DNA of 64,000 bases. Source: an uncultured cyanobacterium. GTDB lineage: Bacteria; Cyanobacteriota; Cyanobacteriia; Cyanobacteriales; CAWUOF01. Position 1 is the first letter of the stretch, and every line of letters starts with the position of its first letter. The stretch is taken from positions 4,672,001-4,736,000 of the forward strand of contig CAVUSO010000001.1 in NCBI GenBank assembly GCA_963744145.1, in the 5' to 3' direction. A program made the position numbers and the translations under genes. Positions 49,242-59,591 of the stretch are shown here, piece by piece. Under the pieces are notes generated by a model. The model worked only from the letters and a program-made list of their open reading frames with translations. It did not search any database and was not told the DNA's origin.

Positions 49242-52200
49242 TCAAGTCTCCTCTAACCAAGTTTGAATCGCAGATAATAAATTGGCTTGATGAGGTGGAA
49301 AGCCTTTTAACGGTGCTTCTAGGGGTTCATTGGTTAGCCAGGCGATCGCCAGGGTATCAGTGAGTTGGTAACAAAAGTCGATCACTTCTGGGGTGGGATG
49401 TTCGCAATGGGTAAGCAGGAGGTTGAGTTTTGGTAAGTTGAAGGTTAATTTGCATTGATCAATGCTATAACATAGGTCAGCGGGGGTGGCAACTCTGGGA
49501 TACATTTGCTCAGGAAATGCTTGTTTCCAGATGCGTCTGCACAGGATTTGGGCAATTTCGCCTTCTCTGGTTTCCGTTGCTAGAATGTCGGCATTGATAC
49601 AAACAATTGGCAGATTTTGCAATTTGATGGAAAGTTCTATCTGTTGATTGTCTAGATTATCAACAGTTGAATTATTTCCCACTGGAATCTGTTCGGTAGT
49701 TTCTGGATGGTAGATAGTGGTGGGATGATGCCATGCTTGATAAAATTGGGGATAGGGAAGTTTCATAGCACAGTCCCAAACAACTTTGTAGCATTGATCA
49801 AATCTGTCAAAGTTACTTTTGTAAACTTCATTACTGAGACAGTCTTTTAAAGCTGAGACAACCCCTGCATATTGTTCAGGTGTGGTTAATATTTTCTCCA
49901 AACTGGATACTACTTGCGAACGAGTAGATTCATCCTCAGTGGTGGCCAGAAGTTTGACTAAAGTGTCGATCAGACCACGGGTATTTTTACTGTCAGTAGT
50001 TGACAGATGTTTGACTAAAGCGGTGAATACTTTCGGATGATGTTTGACTAAAATGGTGAGCGCTTCAAGATTTCGAGCAATTTTCTCAAAAATCTTTGCC
50101 GCTAAACGACGGGTATTTTCACTGTCAGTGATTGACAGATATTTGACTAAAGTAGTGAGCGCTTCCGGACGTTTGACTAAAAAAGCAGTGAGCGCTTCCG
50201 GATTTCGAGCAATTTTCTCAAAAATCTCTATCATTTTCCCCAAAATCTCTGCCGCTTGCCGACGGGTCAATTCATTTTCATTGGTTTTCAGAAGTTTAAC
50301 TAAAGCGGTGAGCGATTCCGGATTTCCTGGAACAATTTTATCCAAACTACCTGCCGCTTTCAAACGGGTTAATACATTTTCACTGGTTTTTAGAATTTCG
50401 ACTAAAGCCGCGATCGCTTCCAGATTTCCTGGAGCAATTTTCCCCAAACTATCTGCCGCTTGCCAACGGATATCTTCATCGTCAGTGGTTGCCAGAATTC
50501 TGACTAAAGCGGTGATCACTGCCTGATTTCCTGGATCAATTTCCTCCAATATTTTTGCCGTTTGCCAACGGGTAAATTCATTGTCAGTAGTTGCCAGAAT
50601 TCTCACTAAAGTGGAGATCGCTTCCAGATTTCCCGGAGCAATTTTCCCCAAACTATCTGCCGCTTGTAAACGGATCAATTCATTTTCACTGTTTTTCAGA
50701 AGTTCGACTAAAGCCGCGATCGCTTCCGGATTTCCTGGCGCAATTTTCTCCAAACTATCTGCCGCTTGCTGACGGGTAGATTTATTGTTAGTGGTTGCCA
50801 GAATTCTGACTAAAGCAGCGATCGCTTCCAGATTTCCTGGAGCAATTTTCCCCAAACTATCTGCCGCTTGCCAACGGATATCTTCATCGTCACTGTTTTT
50901 CAGAAGTTCGACTAAAGCAGTGATCACATCCAGATTTCCTGGAGCAATTTTCCCTAAACTAGATGCTGCTATCTGACAAATAACTTTATTTTCATTGGTT
51001 TTCAGAAGTTCGACTAAAGCAGCGATCACCTTCAGATTTTCTGGAGCAATTTTCCCCAAAATATCTGCCGCTAGACCACAGGTAATAAATTCATTTTTAT
51101 TGGTTTTCAGAAGTTTGACTAAAGCGGTGATCGCTTCCGGATTTCCTGGAGCAATTTGCTTCAAACTATATGCCGCTTGCAAACGACAACGAATAAATGA
51201 TGTATCATTATTGGTTGCCAGAATTCTGACTAAAGCGGCGATCGCTTCCAGATTGCCTAGAGCGATTTCAGCCAAATGCTCTACCGCCTCACTAAAATTA
51301 TCTGGGCAATGTTCGAGGATTTCACTAAGTTTTGTAATAAGTTCTGTAATGGCTAGTTGTCGAATCGTTTCTGGTATTATCTCTCTTGCCTCTGCTTCAA
51401 TTCGATAAAAATAAGTTCTCCATTCCCTTTTCTCAATATTAAAATCACCAAATGCCCATTTAATTACCTGTTTAACAATTTGTGAAGCCAGGGAACAATT
51501 TTTAAATTCATTAATTGCTGCTGCTGCTATAAAATAGGGTTGATATTCATAAAAATCTCTGCATCCATCATCAAAATTTACTAACGCCTGAATCAACCTC
51601 TCCTTTTCCTTATTTTCAATATTCTCACGCCCCACCCACAACAAAATGACATGCTTCCATTGCGGCTGAAAAATCCGATATTCTTTCCCATCAATCGGAA
51701 AATCATCATGATCTTTAGGTAAAAAATAATCCCAATCATCCACTGCCAATGCTGCAAAATACTCCTGAAATGTGGCATGATAAAAGGCATACACTGGCTC
51801 CCTAAGATTTTCGGCTGCTACCCCCACCTCATTTAACCAACCCAACCTTAATGCCTGATCTAAGAGCGAATTCTCATTCCGGTTACCCAAATATTGACAA
51901 ATAAACTGATGGGTTAACCGAAACCTTGTTCCCTCTCCATCTAGGGACGCTTTTGCTAACTTTCCTAAACCTGCATTCAAACTATCTATTTCCGTTTTTG
52001 TCATAGGAAACTCTTTTTTCTTCCAATCATACATATAGTCCACAAAACTCTGATACAGCTCGGCAGTTGTATCGGGTAAACTTCCCTCTTGCCAAATCGA
52101 TGATAATAAGGTTAACCGGAGGGGATTGCGGCATAAATCCTTAATCCGTTCTTTCCCTGGGGTTTGCAGTGCTTCCCACAAAGATTCACCTAACTTCATT

Positions 52201-53363
52201 TCTGGTTTTTCCCCAGACAAACTCCGAAACCACCTTTGGTTAAACTGCTGCATTTGTTCATCCTGAAATGGTTGAGTCAGATAGGTTTGAAAACCCTGTA
52301 ACTGGGATGGGTTACCTTGCCACAGATTCAATCGACAGGAGATGATTAATTGAGATTGTGTCACCCAACCTTGCAACGATAAAGCATCTCTAGCTGTATC
52401 GTTCATTTCATCCAATCCATCCAAGAGTAACCAGACTCTACCCTCCTTAAATTTTTGCTCCCAGTCTGCCTTAATTTCTTCGGTGGGATTTATAAAAGCA
52501 TCTTCCAGCCAAATTTCTTGTAAATAGTCCCCCAAGCGTTTATTACCCAAATTTCCGAGGGATATCCAAATCACTAAATCATCGGTTTCTTCTAATAACC
52601 AAAATGCTAATTTCTGTAATAAAGTAGTTTTTCCGGCTCCGGGTTCCCCACTAATAACAAGATTTTTTTGTTTCCCTTGGCTAAGTACTTCCTGGAGAAA
52701 CTCACCGTAGGTAAACCGTTTTTCCACTTCCTGTCGATCATAAAATTCCGAACCGCGCTCTGGAGCGATATCTTGTTTGTGTGCTTCATGGTGATGGGGC
52801 TTCAGTTTAACCAGTGCTAAATCAATAAATAATTCTTCTTCAACTAAATTCCGATTAAACTGGGCTTTTAATAAACTATTACTGCTTAACTGTTTATGAC
52901 TTTCCAACATCCGTAGACAAACATCTTGCCACTCCTCAAGTTTTAGTTGGCGATTTTCTCCTATGTTGATATCAATTGATGGCAAATTTATTTCGTTTTC
53001 AGATTGCCATTGCGGATATTTTTCGTTCCAAAGCCAATTAAAAATATCTCGCCAGGCTTCTTGTCCTTTCGGTGGTCTTGCTTTCTTTCTTTTTTGGCTT
53101 CCTGGGTTTATTGTTTGCGAAGAAATCGGACAATCTTGATTGTCATAAAATTTTTGACAAATGGTCTCTACGTGGTATGTAATACTTTGTTGTATATGCA
53201 ATACTTTTTTTTCTTCTTCAACAATACTTTTTAGGAGAGTCATATTTTCCTTATGTTCATTCTCTTTATCGAACCTTAGCAGAAACATTTTTTCTTTTTT
53301 TTCTGTAATGCCATATTGTCTAGCAATTGTTTTGAGAAAAACCTGCTCTCGTGACTGTTTCAT
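49242..53363 (-). CDS. NACHT NTPase with HEAT (PBS-lyase-like) repeats, NLR-like
   Basis: Walker A GEPGAGKTT, LLLDGLDE, NPLRL, FYHATFQEYFAA; many ~33-aa repeats IRWQAADSLGKIAPGNLEAIAALV. Confidence 0.92.
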   Translation of the reverse strand: MKQSREQVFLKTIARQYGITEKKEKMFLLRFDKENEHKENMTLLKSIVEEEKKVLHIQQSITYHVETICQKFYDNQDCPISSQTINPGSQKRKKARPPKGQEAWRDIFNWLWNEKYPQWQSENEINLPSIDINIGENRQLKLEEWQDVCLRMLESHKQLSSNSLLKAQFNRNLVEEELFIDLALVKLKPHHHEAHKQDIAPERGSEFYDRQEVEKRFTYGEFLQEVLSQGKQKNLVISGEPGAGKTTLLQKLAFWLLEETDDLVIWISLGNLGNKRLGDYLQEIWLEDAFINPTEEIKADWEQKFKEGRVWLLLDGLDEMNDTARDALSLQGWVTQSQLIISCRLNLWQGNPSQLQGFQTYLTQPFQDEQMQQFNQRWFRSLSGEKPEMKLGESLWEALQTPGKERIKDLCRNPLRLTLLSSIWQEGSLPDTTAELYQSFVDYMYDWKKKEFPMTKTEIDSLNAGLGKLAKASLDGEGTRFRLTHQFICQYLGNRNENSLLDQALRLGWLNEVGVAAENLREPVYAFYHATFQEYFAALAVDDWDYFLPKDHDDFPIDGKEYRIFQPQWKHVILLWVGRENIENKEKERLIQALVNFDDGCRDFYEYQPYFIAAAAINEFKNCSLASQIVKQVIKWAFGDFNIEKREWRTYFYRIEAEAREIIPETIRQLAITELITKLSEILEHCPDNFSEAVEHLAEIALGNLEAIAALVRILATNNDTSFIRCRLQAAYSLKQIAPGNPEAITALVKLLKTNKNEFITCGLAADILGKIAPENLKVIAALVELLKTNENKVICQIAASSLGKIAPGNLDVITALVELLKNSDDEDIRWQAADSLGKIAPGNLEAIAALVRILATTNNKSTRQQAADSLEKIAPGNPEAIAALVELLKNSENELIRLQAADSLGKIAPGNLEAISTLVRILATTDNEFTRWQTAKILEEIDPGNQAVITALVRILATTDDEDIRWQAADSLGKIAPGNLEAIAALVEILKTSENVLTRLKAAGSLDKIVPGNPESLTALVKLLKTNENELTRRQAAEILGKMIEIFEKIARNPEALTAFLVKRPEALTTLVKYLSITDSENTRRLAAKIFEKIARNLEALTILVKHHPKVFTALVKHLSTTDSKNTRGLIDTLVKLLATTEDESTRSQVVSSLEKILTTPEQYAGVVSALKDCLSNEVYKSNFDRFDQCYKVVWDCAMKLPYPQFYQAWHHPTTIYHPETTEQIPVGNNSTVDNLDNQQIELSIKLQNLPIVCINADILATETREGEIAQILCRRIWKQAFPEQMYPRVATPADLCYSIDQCKLTFNLPKLNLLLTHCEHPTPEVIDFCYQLTDTLAIAWLTNEPLEAPLKGFPPHQANLLSAIQTWLEET

Positions 53364-53514
53364 ATTCCCTTCACTGCTTTTTACCTTAGCACTGATTGTA
53401 ATTAAAGTGGAAGAAAATGTCAAGAGGAATCCATAAAAATCATTAAATAGAAAATTTCTATTTAATTTCTATTTAATTTCTATTATTTGCCTAATTTACT
53501 CTCTATTTAAGTTT

Positions 53515-53910
53515 TTGATAGTTTGGCATTGTCGAATTCAAATAACAATTATGCAGCATATTACAGACATTCTTCCCAAGGTCACAGCTAACTCTCTCGC
53601 TGTAAATAACAGACTGATTGTAGAAAATGCGATCGCCATGTCTAAAGTAACCGTTAATCCCTTGCTCTATTCCCTTGTTTGTCAAGTGCCTACTACCAAG
53701 CTTTCCAAAACCAAACTGCACATCCATAAAATAATCAAACCATGTAGCGGTTACAATGGTTCTCTCTCTAACCGAAATTGGCTTGATCCCAAAGCTAATC
53801 GCTGGTATCCTGAACCTACTCCACAACTTTGCAAACGTCCTCCGCAATGGTTAAATCCTTGGGAGAAAGTGCGATCGCGATCGAAGTTCTTACCCAGAAT
53901 TTCATGTTAA
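53515..53910 (+). CDS. Hypothetical protein
   Basis: ORF divergent from the NACHT gene; start uncertain (ATG 53551 likely). Confidence 0.45.
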   Translation: MIVWHCRIQITIMQHITDILPKVTANSLAVNNRLIVENAIAMSKVTVNPLLYSLVCQVPTTKLSKTKLHIHKIIKPCSGYNGSLSNRNWLDPKANRWYPEPTPQLCKRPPQWLNPWEKVRSRSKFLPRISC

Positions 53911-53957
53911 TCATCCCGACGGATTGATTTTTACTTCCCCACTCTTCTTAGAAAAAT

Positions 53958-53990
53958 AGGGCTGTTCTATTCATAAGGAATAGCCCTTTT
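53958..53990 (+). terminator. Intrinsic terminator-like hairpin
   Basis: AGGGCTGTTC...GAATAGCCCT followed by TTT. Confidence 0.55.
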
Positions 53991-54037
53991 CCTCTCAAAT
54001 TATTAACTTGATTAACTAACTTTTAGGTAAATCATCA

Positions 54038-54256
54038 ATGTTGTTCATTAAAGAAAAACCGGAATTATTTCCTCAAGCGATCGAGGGAATAGTGACCGAA
54101 CAAATTTCGTCAGTGCAACCGGGAAGAATCAAATGTGTAGGAACTTATTGGCCCGCACGACTTTATCAGATGGAATCTCCTATCACCCTAATACCTGAGC
54201 AAGTAGTCTCCGTTGTGGGTCGTATAGGTATTACATTGCTAGTCATACCCCAATAG
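54038..54256 (+). CDS. NfeD-like OB-fold small protein
   Basis: GIV...I....PGRIK..GTYWPARL.....V.VVGR.GITLLV.P. Confidence 0.75.
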   Translation: MLFIKEKPELFPQAIEGIVTEQISSVQPGRIKCVGTYWPARLYQMESPITLIPEQVVSVVGRIGITLLVIPQ

Positions 54257-54414
54257 GTTTCAGTTAATTGTAGGGGCGTTCGCGCAGCGTGCCGTAGAGT
54301 AAACGCCCCTACAGGTAACTTGCATTGGTTTATGAATCTTATGCTTTAGAGGCTATACGTTGATGTTGGCTGTTTTTAGCTAACTATTATAGTTGATCTG
54401 TTGGCTTTATCTAT

Positions 54415-55395
54415 TTAATATCCCCGCTGATTAAACCAATCTACAGCATCTTTTAATGCGATCGTAATCGGTGTTTGTGATAATCCTAGTTCTTGAACTG
54501 CTTTACTAGCATCATAATACATCGGTTCGATTGCCATTCGCACTCCATCTAAAGGAATTGAGGGAGTTTTACCTAAGTTCGCGAGAATTTTTTCGTCAAT
54601 CCAAGCAATGCTTAAGGGTAACCAATGGGGTACGGATTGCTGTGGTGCTTTTAATCCAGTAATTTGCTCTAAGTAATCTAATAGTGTTTTGAGAGTCATA
54701 TTTTCATAACCCAGAATATATCGATCGCCCGTTTTTCCTTTTTTCCAAGCTAGCAAATGTCCTCTAGCGACATCACGCACATCGATAAAATTTAACCCTG
54801 TATTTACATAAAATGGCATTTGTCTTCGCAAAAAACGTAAAATAATATCTCCGGTTGGAGTTGGTTTAATATCCCAAGGTCCAATGGGACTGCTAGGATT
54901 GACGATTACCACATCTTGTCCAGATTCTACTGCTTGAAATGCTGCTTGTTCAGCCAGAAATTTAGACTTTTTGTAGTGACCGACTAAGTCCTCTAACTTG
55001 CTTTGATAACTTTCTGTTGCGATCGCTCCTTTTTTAACTCCAATTGCCGCGACTGAGCTAGTATAAACTACACGCTCAACTCCAGCTTGACGAGCTGCAC
55101 TTAAGACATTTTTTGTTCCTAATACATTATGACGATAAAGTAAATCCCGATCGGTTTGCCATAAGGAATAATAAGCAGCAACATGAAAAACACATTCACA
55201 ATCTAGCATTTGCTGCCATAAATTTTGATCATTTAGATCCCCAGTCACTATTTCTACGGTTAGATTCTGCAAGTTATCGAGAACACTGTGAGGACGAACT
55301 AAACATTTGACAGTGTAACCTTCATTTAATAACAATCGGACTAAATTGGCACCAATAAAACCCGTACCACCAGTGACAAAAACTTTCTTAGTCAT
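54415..55395 (-). CDS. hpnA: Hopanoid-associated sugar epimerase (dihydroflavonol reductase-like SDR)
   Basis: VTGGTGFIG, HVAAYYSLW, YKKSK, PIGPWDIKPTPTG, TGLNFIDVRDVA. Confidence 0.88.
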   Translation of the reverse strand: MTKKVFVTGGTGFIGANLVRLLLNEGYTVKCLVRPHSVLDNLQNLTVEIVTGDLNDQNLWQQMLDCECVFHVAAYYSLWQTDRDLLYRHNVLGTKNVLSAARQAGVERVVYTSSVAAIGVKKGAIATESYQSKLEDLVGHYKKSKFLAEQAAFQAVESGQDVVIVNPSSPIGPWDIKPTPTGDIILRFLRRQMPFYVNTGLNFIDVRDVARGHLLAWKKGKTGDRYILGYENMTLKTLLDYLEQITGLKAPQQSVPHWLPLSIAWIDEKILANLGKTPSIPLDGVRMAIEPMYYDASKAVQELGLSQTPITIALKDAVDWFNQRGY

Positions 55396-58148
55396 GAGGA
55401 TTTTGACGATTGATTTTTCCCAAACCGAGGATAGATTTTATCTACCACAGCATACATCACCGGAATGACAAATAAACTTAGTATAGTTGATGTTACCAAA
55501 CCACCAGCGATCGAGACAGCCATAGGCGATCGCAATTCTGAACCTGCACCGAGACCTAAAGCAATGGGCACCATCCCTAAAATTGTAGCCGCAGTTGTCA
55601 TCATAATCGGTCTCAGACGTACAGGTCCTGCGGTAAGGATCGCTTCATGACAATCTAATCCGGTCTTGCGTAACTGATTAATATAATCTACCAACAAAAT
55701 TCCATTTTTATTGGTTAATCCCAGCAAAAAGATAAAACCAATCAGTGAGATCATGCCAAAATCACTTTTAGTCAAATATAACGCTAACATCGCTCCGACT
55801 AAAGACAATGGTAAAGAAAACGCAATAATTAACGGATCAACCAAACTTTTGAATAACAAAATTAGCACTACCAGAATCGACAAAACCGAGAGTGCTGAAG
55901 TAGTGCCAAAACTACCAAATATTTCCCCAATTCGGGCTGAATCGCTACCCAAATCTAACTTCACACCTGGAGGTAAAATTGGTTTTGCTTGAGCAACAAT
56001 CTGATCGGTAGCATCTCCGAGACTTAAATCTTTGCTTAAATTAGCAGATACATAAGCTACTCGTCGAGCATTTAAGTGTTGGATTTCAAATACATTACCT
56101 TTACCATTTTCTTCACCTGTCGCAGTTACATCAGCAAATCCGGGCAATTTTTTCATTTGCTCTTTAATATCTTTAGCTGCTTGACTGAGGGATTTTAGAT
56201 CATCACCTTGTAAGGCAATTTGGAGAGGTTTTTGACCACCAGTATCTACAAATTGAATATCTTCGACACTGGTATTCACCCCAGCTAAATTCGGTAATTG
56301 TTGCCGAATTTGGTCTTGTACTGCTACAGTTGATCTTGTGCGATCGCTTTTAAGTTTAATATAGAGAGTACCTTTATTTGGTTCACCTTCACGGGAACCA
56401 ACGATGGTAAAAATTTTGTCTACTTCTGGTGATTTGCTCACCACATCTTCGAGTTTTTTTGCTACCTCAAGTGAATCATTTAAAGGATTGGGCATGACGA
56501 TTTGCGATTTCAAATAATCCTCAGCTGATTCAGGAGGTATATCTGAATTGTCCGGTTCTGCGCTATTTGATTGGGAAAGGTCTTGACTTAATTCCTGTTG
56601 AGCAAAAGTTGGCAATGGTGCAGTATAAACAATATTAAATTCTCCCCGATCAAGTTTCGGAATAAACCCTTTTGGAATCAGAGGAATCATCCCCATCCCA
56701 GCAATAAAACTGGATATAGCTAAGGCAATTACTATCTTTTTGTGATTTAATGACCATTGTAATAAATTTCGATAAATATGAGCAATATTTTTGCCTAAAA
56801 TTCCTTCTTGATGAGCAGATTGATGGGGATTTTGTTTAAGCCAAAAAACAGCTAATACTGGTGATAAAGTTCGAGAAACTAGCAAAGAAATGAGTAGTGC
56901 TGCGGAGACAGTCACCCCAAACGGTTTAAAAAATTGACCAATTAGACCACTCATTAATGCGATCGGCATAAATACAGCTACAGCAGTTAAGGTTGCTGCT
57001 GTAACAGTTAAACCAATTTCATTAGTAGCAGTAATTGCCGCTTGTCGAGGTGGTTCACCCAATTCTAAATGTCGAGTAATATTTTCCACATCAACAATCG
57101 CATCATCGACAATAATCCCAATTACTAATGCTAGGGCTAATAAAGTAATAGTTTCTAAATTGAAACCATAACTTGCCATAATCATAAACGTTCCCAATAG
57201 AGAAGTTGGAATCGCTAGAGCCGAAATAAAAGTAGCTCTCCAATTCCACAAAAATGGAAATATAACAATTACCGATAAGACAATCGCTTCAATTAAAGCA
57301 TCAATAGTAGATTGGGTAGCTTGACGAATATATTCTGCTTGGGTTGCTGCTAAGTGTAATCGCACATTGGGCAACTGAGATTGTAATCTTCCGACGGCTT
57401 TTTCTACTTCAGAGACAACATCTAAAGTATTAGCATTACCACGTTTAATCACCTGAAAAGCTAAAGCTTCTTTACCATTAAATCTAACTAATGTTGGTGG
57501 TTGTTGAGGATTGGGAGGAGGAATTTCTGATTTGGCAGTTGGAGGATTATTATTATTCTGAGACCCTAAATCGGCTTCATTAGTACCGAGCAGAATAACT
57601 TTCAGCACTCCAGTCAAATTAGTAATTGCAGGTACAATTTGCGATCGCGCGGTTTTAGTTAGTTCGGTCAGATTCTGAGTGGAACTCTCAATCGTATAAC
57701 TAATAGCAGCTGACTCATTCAGATTGAGCGGAATAATTTTAAAAGCTGCTCCCTTGGGTAAAGTCAACTGGTTCAGTTTTTTTTCCACTTGATGACTCGA
57801 CTCTTCTAGGTTTGTCCCCACAATAAAAGCCACACTAATGGCACTTTGACCCGGATAACTAGAAGAATGGATGTCATCTAGTCCATTCAGAGATTGGAGT
57901 TGCTGTTCGATCGGTTGCGTCAGTTTTGCTTCTGTATCCAGAGCAGTATTAAAAGGACCAGTCGCGTTTACCACCACTACCGGAAAGGTAATATCTGGAA
58001 ACAGCGCGTATTTAAGGGAGGTAAAAGCCAAAAATCCTGCTACAGTTACAGCAATCCAAAACCCCAGAGTTAACCAGGGATAGGCGATCGCTAATCGAGA
58101 AATATTAAATTGTTCTCTGAGGGATGCACTGTCATTTGACTTAGCCAT
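55392..58148 (-). CDS. RND efflux transporter permease (AcrB/AcrD/AcrF family)
   Basis: GIIVDDAIVDVENI, KNGILLVDY, RLRPIMMTT. Confidence 0.93.
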   Translation of the reverse strand: MAKSNDSASLREQFNISRLAIAYPWLTLGFWIAVTVAGFLAFTSLKYALFPDITFPVVVVNATGPFNTALDTEAKLTQPIEQQLQSLNGLDDIHSSSYPGQSAISVAFIVGTNLEESSHQVEKKLNQLTLPKGAAFKIIPLNLNESAAISYTIESSTQNLTELTKTARSQIVPAITNLTGVLKVILLGTNEADLGSQNNNNPPTAKSEIPPPNPQQPPTLVRFNGKEALAFQVIKRGNANTLDVVSEVEKAVGRLQSQLPNVRLHLAATQAEYIRQATQSTIDALIEAIVLSVIVIFPFLWNWRATFISALAIPTSLLGTFMIMASYGFNLETITLLALALVIGIIVDDAIVDVENITRHLELGEPPRQAAITATNEIGLTVTAATLTAVAVFMPIALMSGLIGQFFKPFGVTVSAALLISLLVSRTLSPVLAVFWLKQNPHQSAHQEGILGKNIAHIYRNLLQWSLNHKKIVIALAISSFIAGMGMIPLIPKGFIPKLDRGEFNIVYTAPLPTFAQQELSQDLSQSNSAEPDNSDIPPESAEDYLKSQIVMPNPLNDSLEVAKKLEDVVSKSPEVDKIFTIVGSREGEPNKGTLYIKLKSDRTRSTVAVQDQIRQQLPNLAGVNTSVEDIQFVDTGGQKPLQIALQGDDLKSLSQAAKDIKEQMKKLPGFADVTATGEENGKGNVFEIQHLNARRVAYVSANLSKDLSLGDATDQIVAQAKPILPPGVKLDLGSDSARIGEIFGSFGTTSALSVLSILVVLILLFKSLVDPLIIAFSLPLSLVGAMLALYLTKSDFGMISLIGFIFLLGLTNKNGILLVDYINQLRKTGLDCHEAILTAGPVRLRPIMMTTAATILGMVPIALGLGAGSELRSPMAVSIAGGLVTSTILSLFVIPVMYAVVDKIYPRFGKNQSSKSS

Positions 58149-58245
58149 TTGAGGAAATTATTGCACCAAGTATTAAGGGTAGTAGTTATACTAGCGTCCT
58201 GAGAGTAGTTTTGTTACTTTAGTTGATTTATCGGGGACATGAGTA

Positions 58246-59103
58246 ATGAAAATCGGATCTGAAGCCCATAAACAGTTGTTCTGTCAAAGCTTTCTAGAGA
58301 GTTACCTGGAATATGAACCCCAAGCTTTAGCTTGGCCCAATTTAGATCAGGTGACCCTCGATCGCTTACGCAGTATTCCTTTTTGGGAAGAAGCTCTGTA
58401 TACTGAACGTACTGCTGGGGTTATGGTGAGTAGTTTTGCCGAAACCATCGATGACCCCATGATTAAAACCGCGATCGCACTTCAAGGAAAAGAGGAAACT
58501 CGTCACGGTCAGATGCTCGAATTTTTGGTTAATCATTATGATATCAAGATCGGCGATCGCCAGGTTTTGCCAATTCCCGACCAGATCGAACAAGCGTTTA
58601 TCAGTTTTGGGTATTCCGAGTGTCTTGATTCTTTCTTTGCTTTTGGTTTATTTGAAATTGCCCGTCAATCTAGGATATTTCCCGAAGCATTTTTTACGAT
58701 TTTCGATCCTATTCTAGACGAAGAAGCCCGTCATATTGTTTTTTTTGTCAATTGGGTAGCTTATTTACAAGCTAATCGTGGTCGGGGTGCTAGAATTTTC
58801 CGAGCAGCCCATTCTCTCTGGAATTATGGTGGAGCATTGCGTCATCTTTTTGACATTATCAGCGGTACTGGACCACAAAATGAAGGATTTACCGCCACTA
58901 GCGCTGATAGTTTTGATCTTGATATCACACCAGAGATTTTTCTCTCTACCTGTGTGCAAGAAAATAAACGACGGATGAGTAAATATGATCCCCAACTACT
59001 TCAACCGGAACTATTACCGAGATTAGCAACAGTGGCTCAACAAACACTGAACTTATGGCCAAAAAAAGCCCAAGCTGCCAATCATCGCACCCAACTAAAT
59101 TAA
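58246..59103 (+). CDS. Ferritin-like domain protein
   Basis: Two EExRH di-iron motifs (EETRH, EEARH). Confidence 0.8.
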   Translation: MKIGSEAHKQLFCQSFLESYLEYEPQALAWPNLDQVTLDRLRSIPFWEEALYTERTAGVMVSSFAETIDDPMIKTAIALQGKEETRHGQMLEFLVNHYDIKIGDRQVLPIPDQIEQAFISFGYSECLDSFFAFGLFEIARQSRIFPEAFFTIFDPILDEEARHIVFFVNWVAYLQANRGRGARIFRAAHSLWNYGGALRHLFDIISGTGPQNEGFTATSADSFDLDITPEIFLSTCVQENKRRMSKYDPQLLQPELLPRLATVAQQTLNLWPKKAQAANHRTQLN

Positions 59104-59111
59104 ATCGCTTA

Positions 59112-59279
59112 TACCAATTCTTGATCAAGCTGCATAGAATTGATCCCCCCAGCCCCCTTAAAAAGGGGGAGCAATCCCCCCAGCCCCCTTAAAAAGGGGG
59201 AGCCGGAATTCTTAAAGTCCCCCTTTTTAAGGAGGATTTAGGGGGATCGGGATCTGTGCAACTTCACATTAAATTGGTA
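59112..59279. mobile_element. MITE family A (TACCAATT...AATTGGTA) flanked by TTA/TTA, carrying ATCCCCCCAGCCCCCTTAAAAAGGGGGAG repeats
   Basis: TIRs and 3-bp direct TTA flanks; two tandem copies of the palindromic repeat plus one inverted copy. Confidence 0.8.
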
Positions 59280-59591
59280 TTAATAGTAGGAACGTGATTT
59301 AATCAGGATACGTTCCTACCAAAATCGGATATCGCGATCGCTCCTAAGTCTGATCTAGGCGAGCGTGATCAAAAATAACTCTGATTAGAGAAATATAGTT
59401 TTCATTATTTAATATTTAAGATATCTTAAAGTTAAGGTCTATAAACATTAACTTAATCATAATATAAATAACATAAAGTTAATCATAGTTAAACTGTTAA
59501 CACCATTAATAAAAATCCAAAAAAAGTGTTATTTATAGACATAAAATATATCAAAAAATATGTTAAATCTATAAAAGCACAAAAAAAATCT

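Noticed and set aside
50044..51408. Several repetitive plus-strand ORFs
   Set aside because: Antisense shadows of the HEAT repeats.
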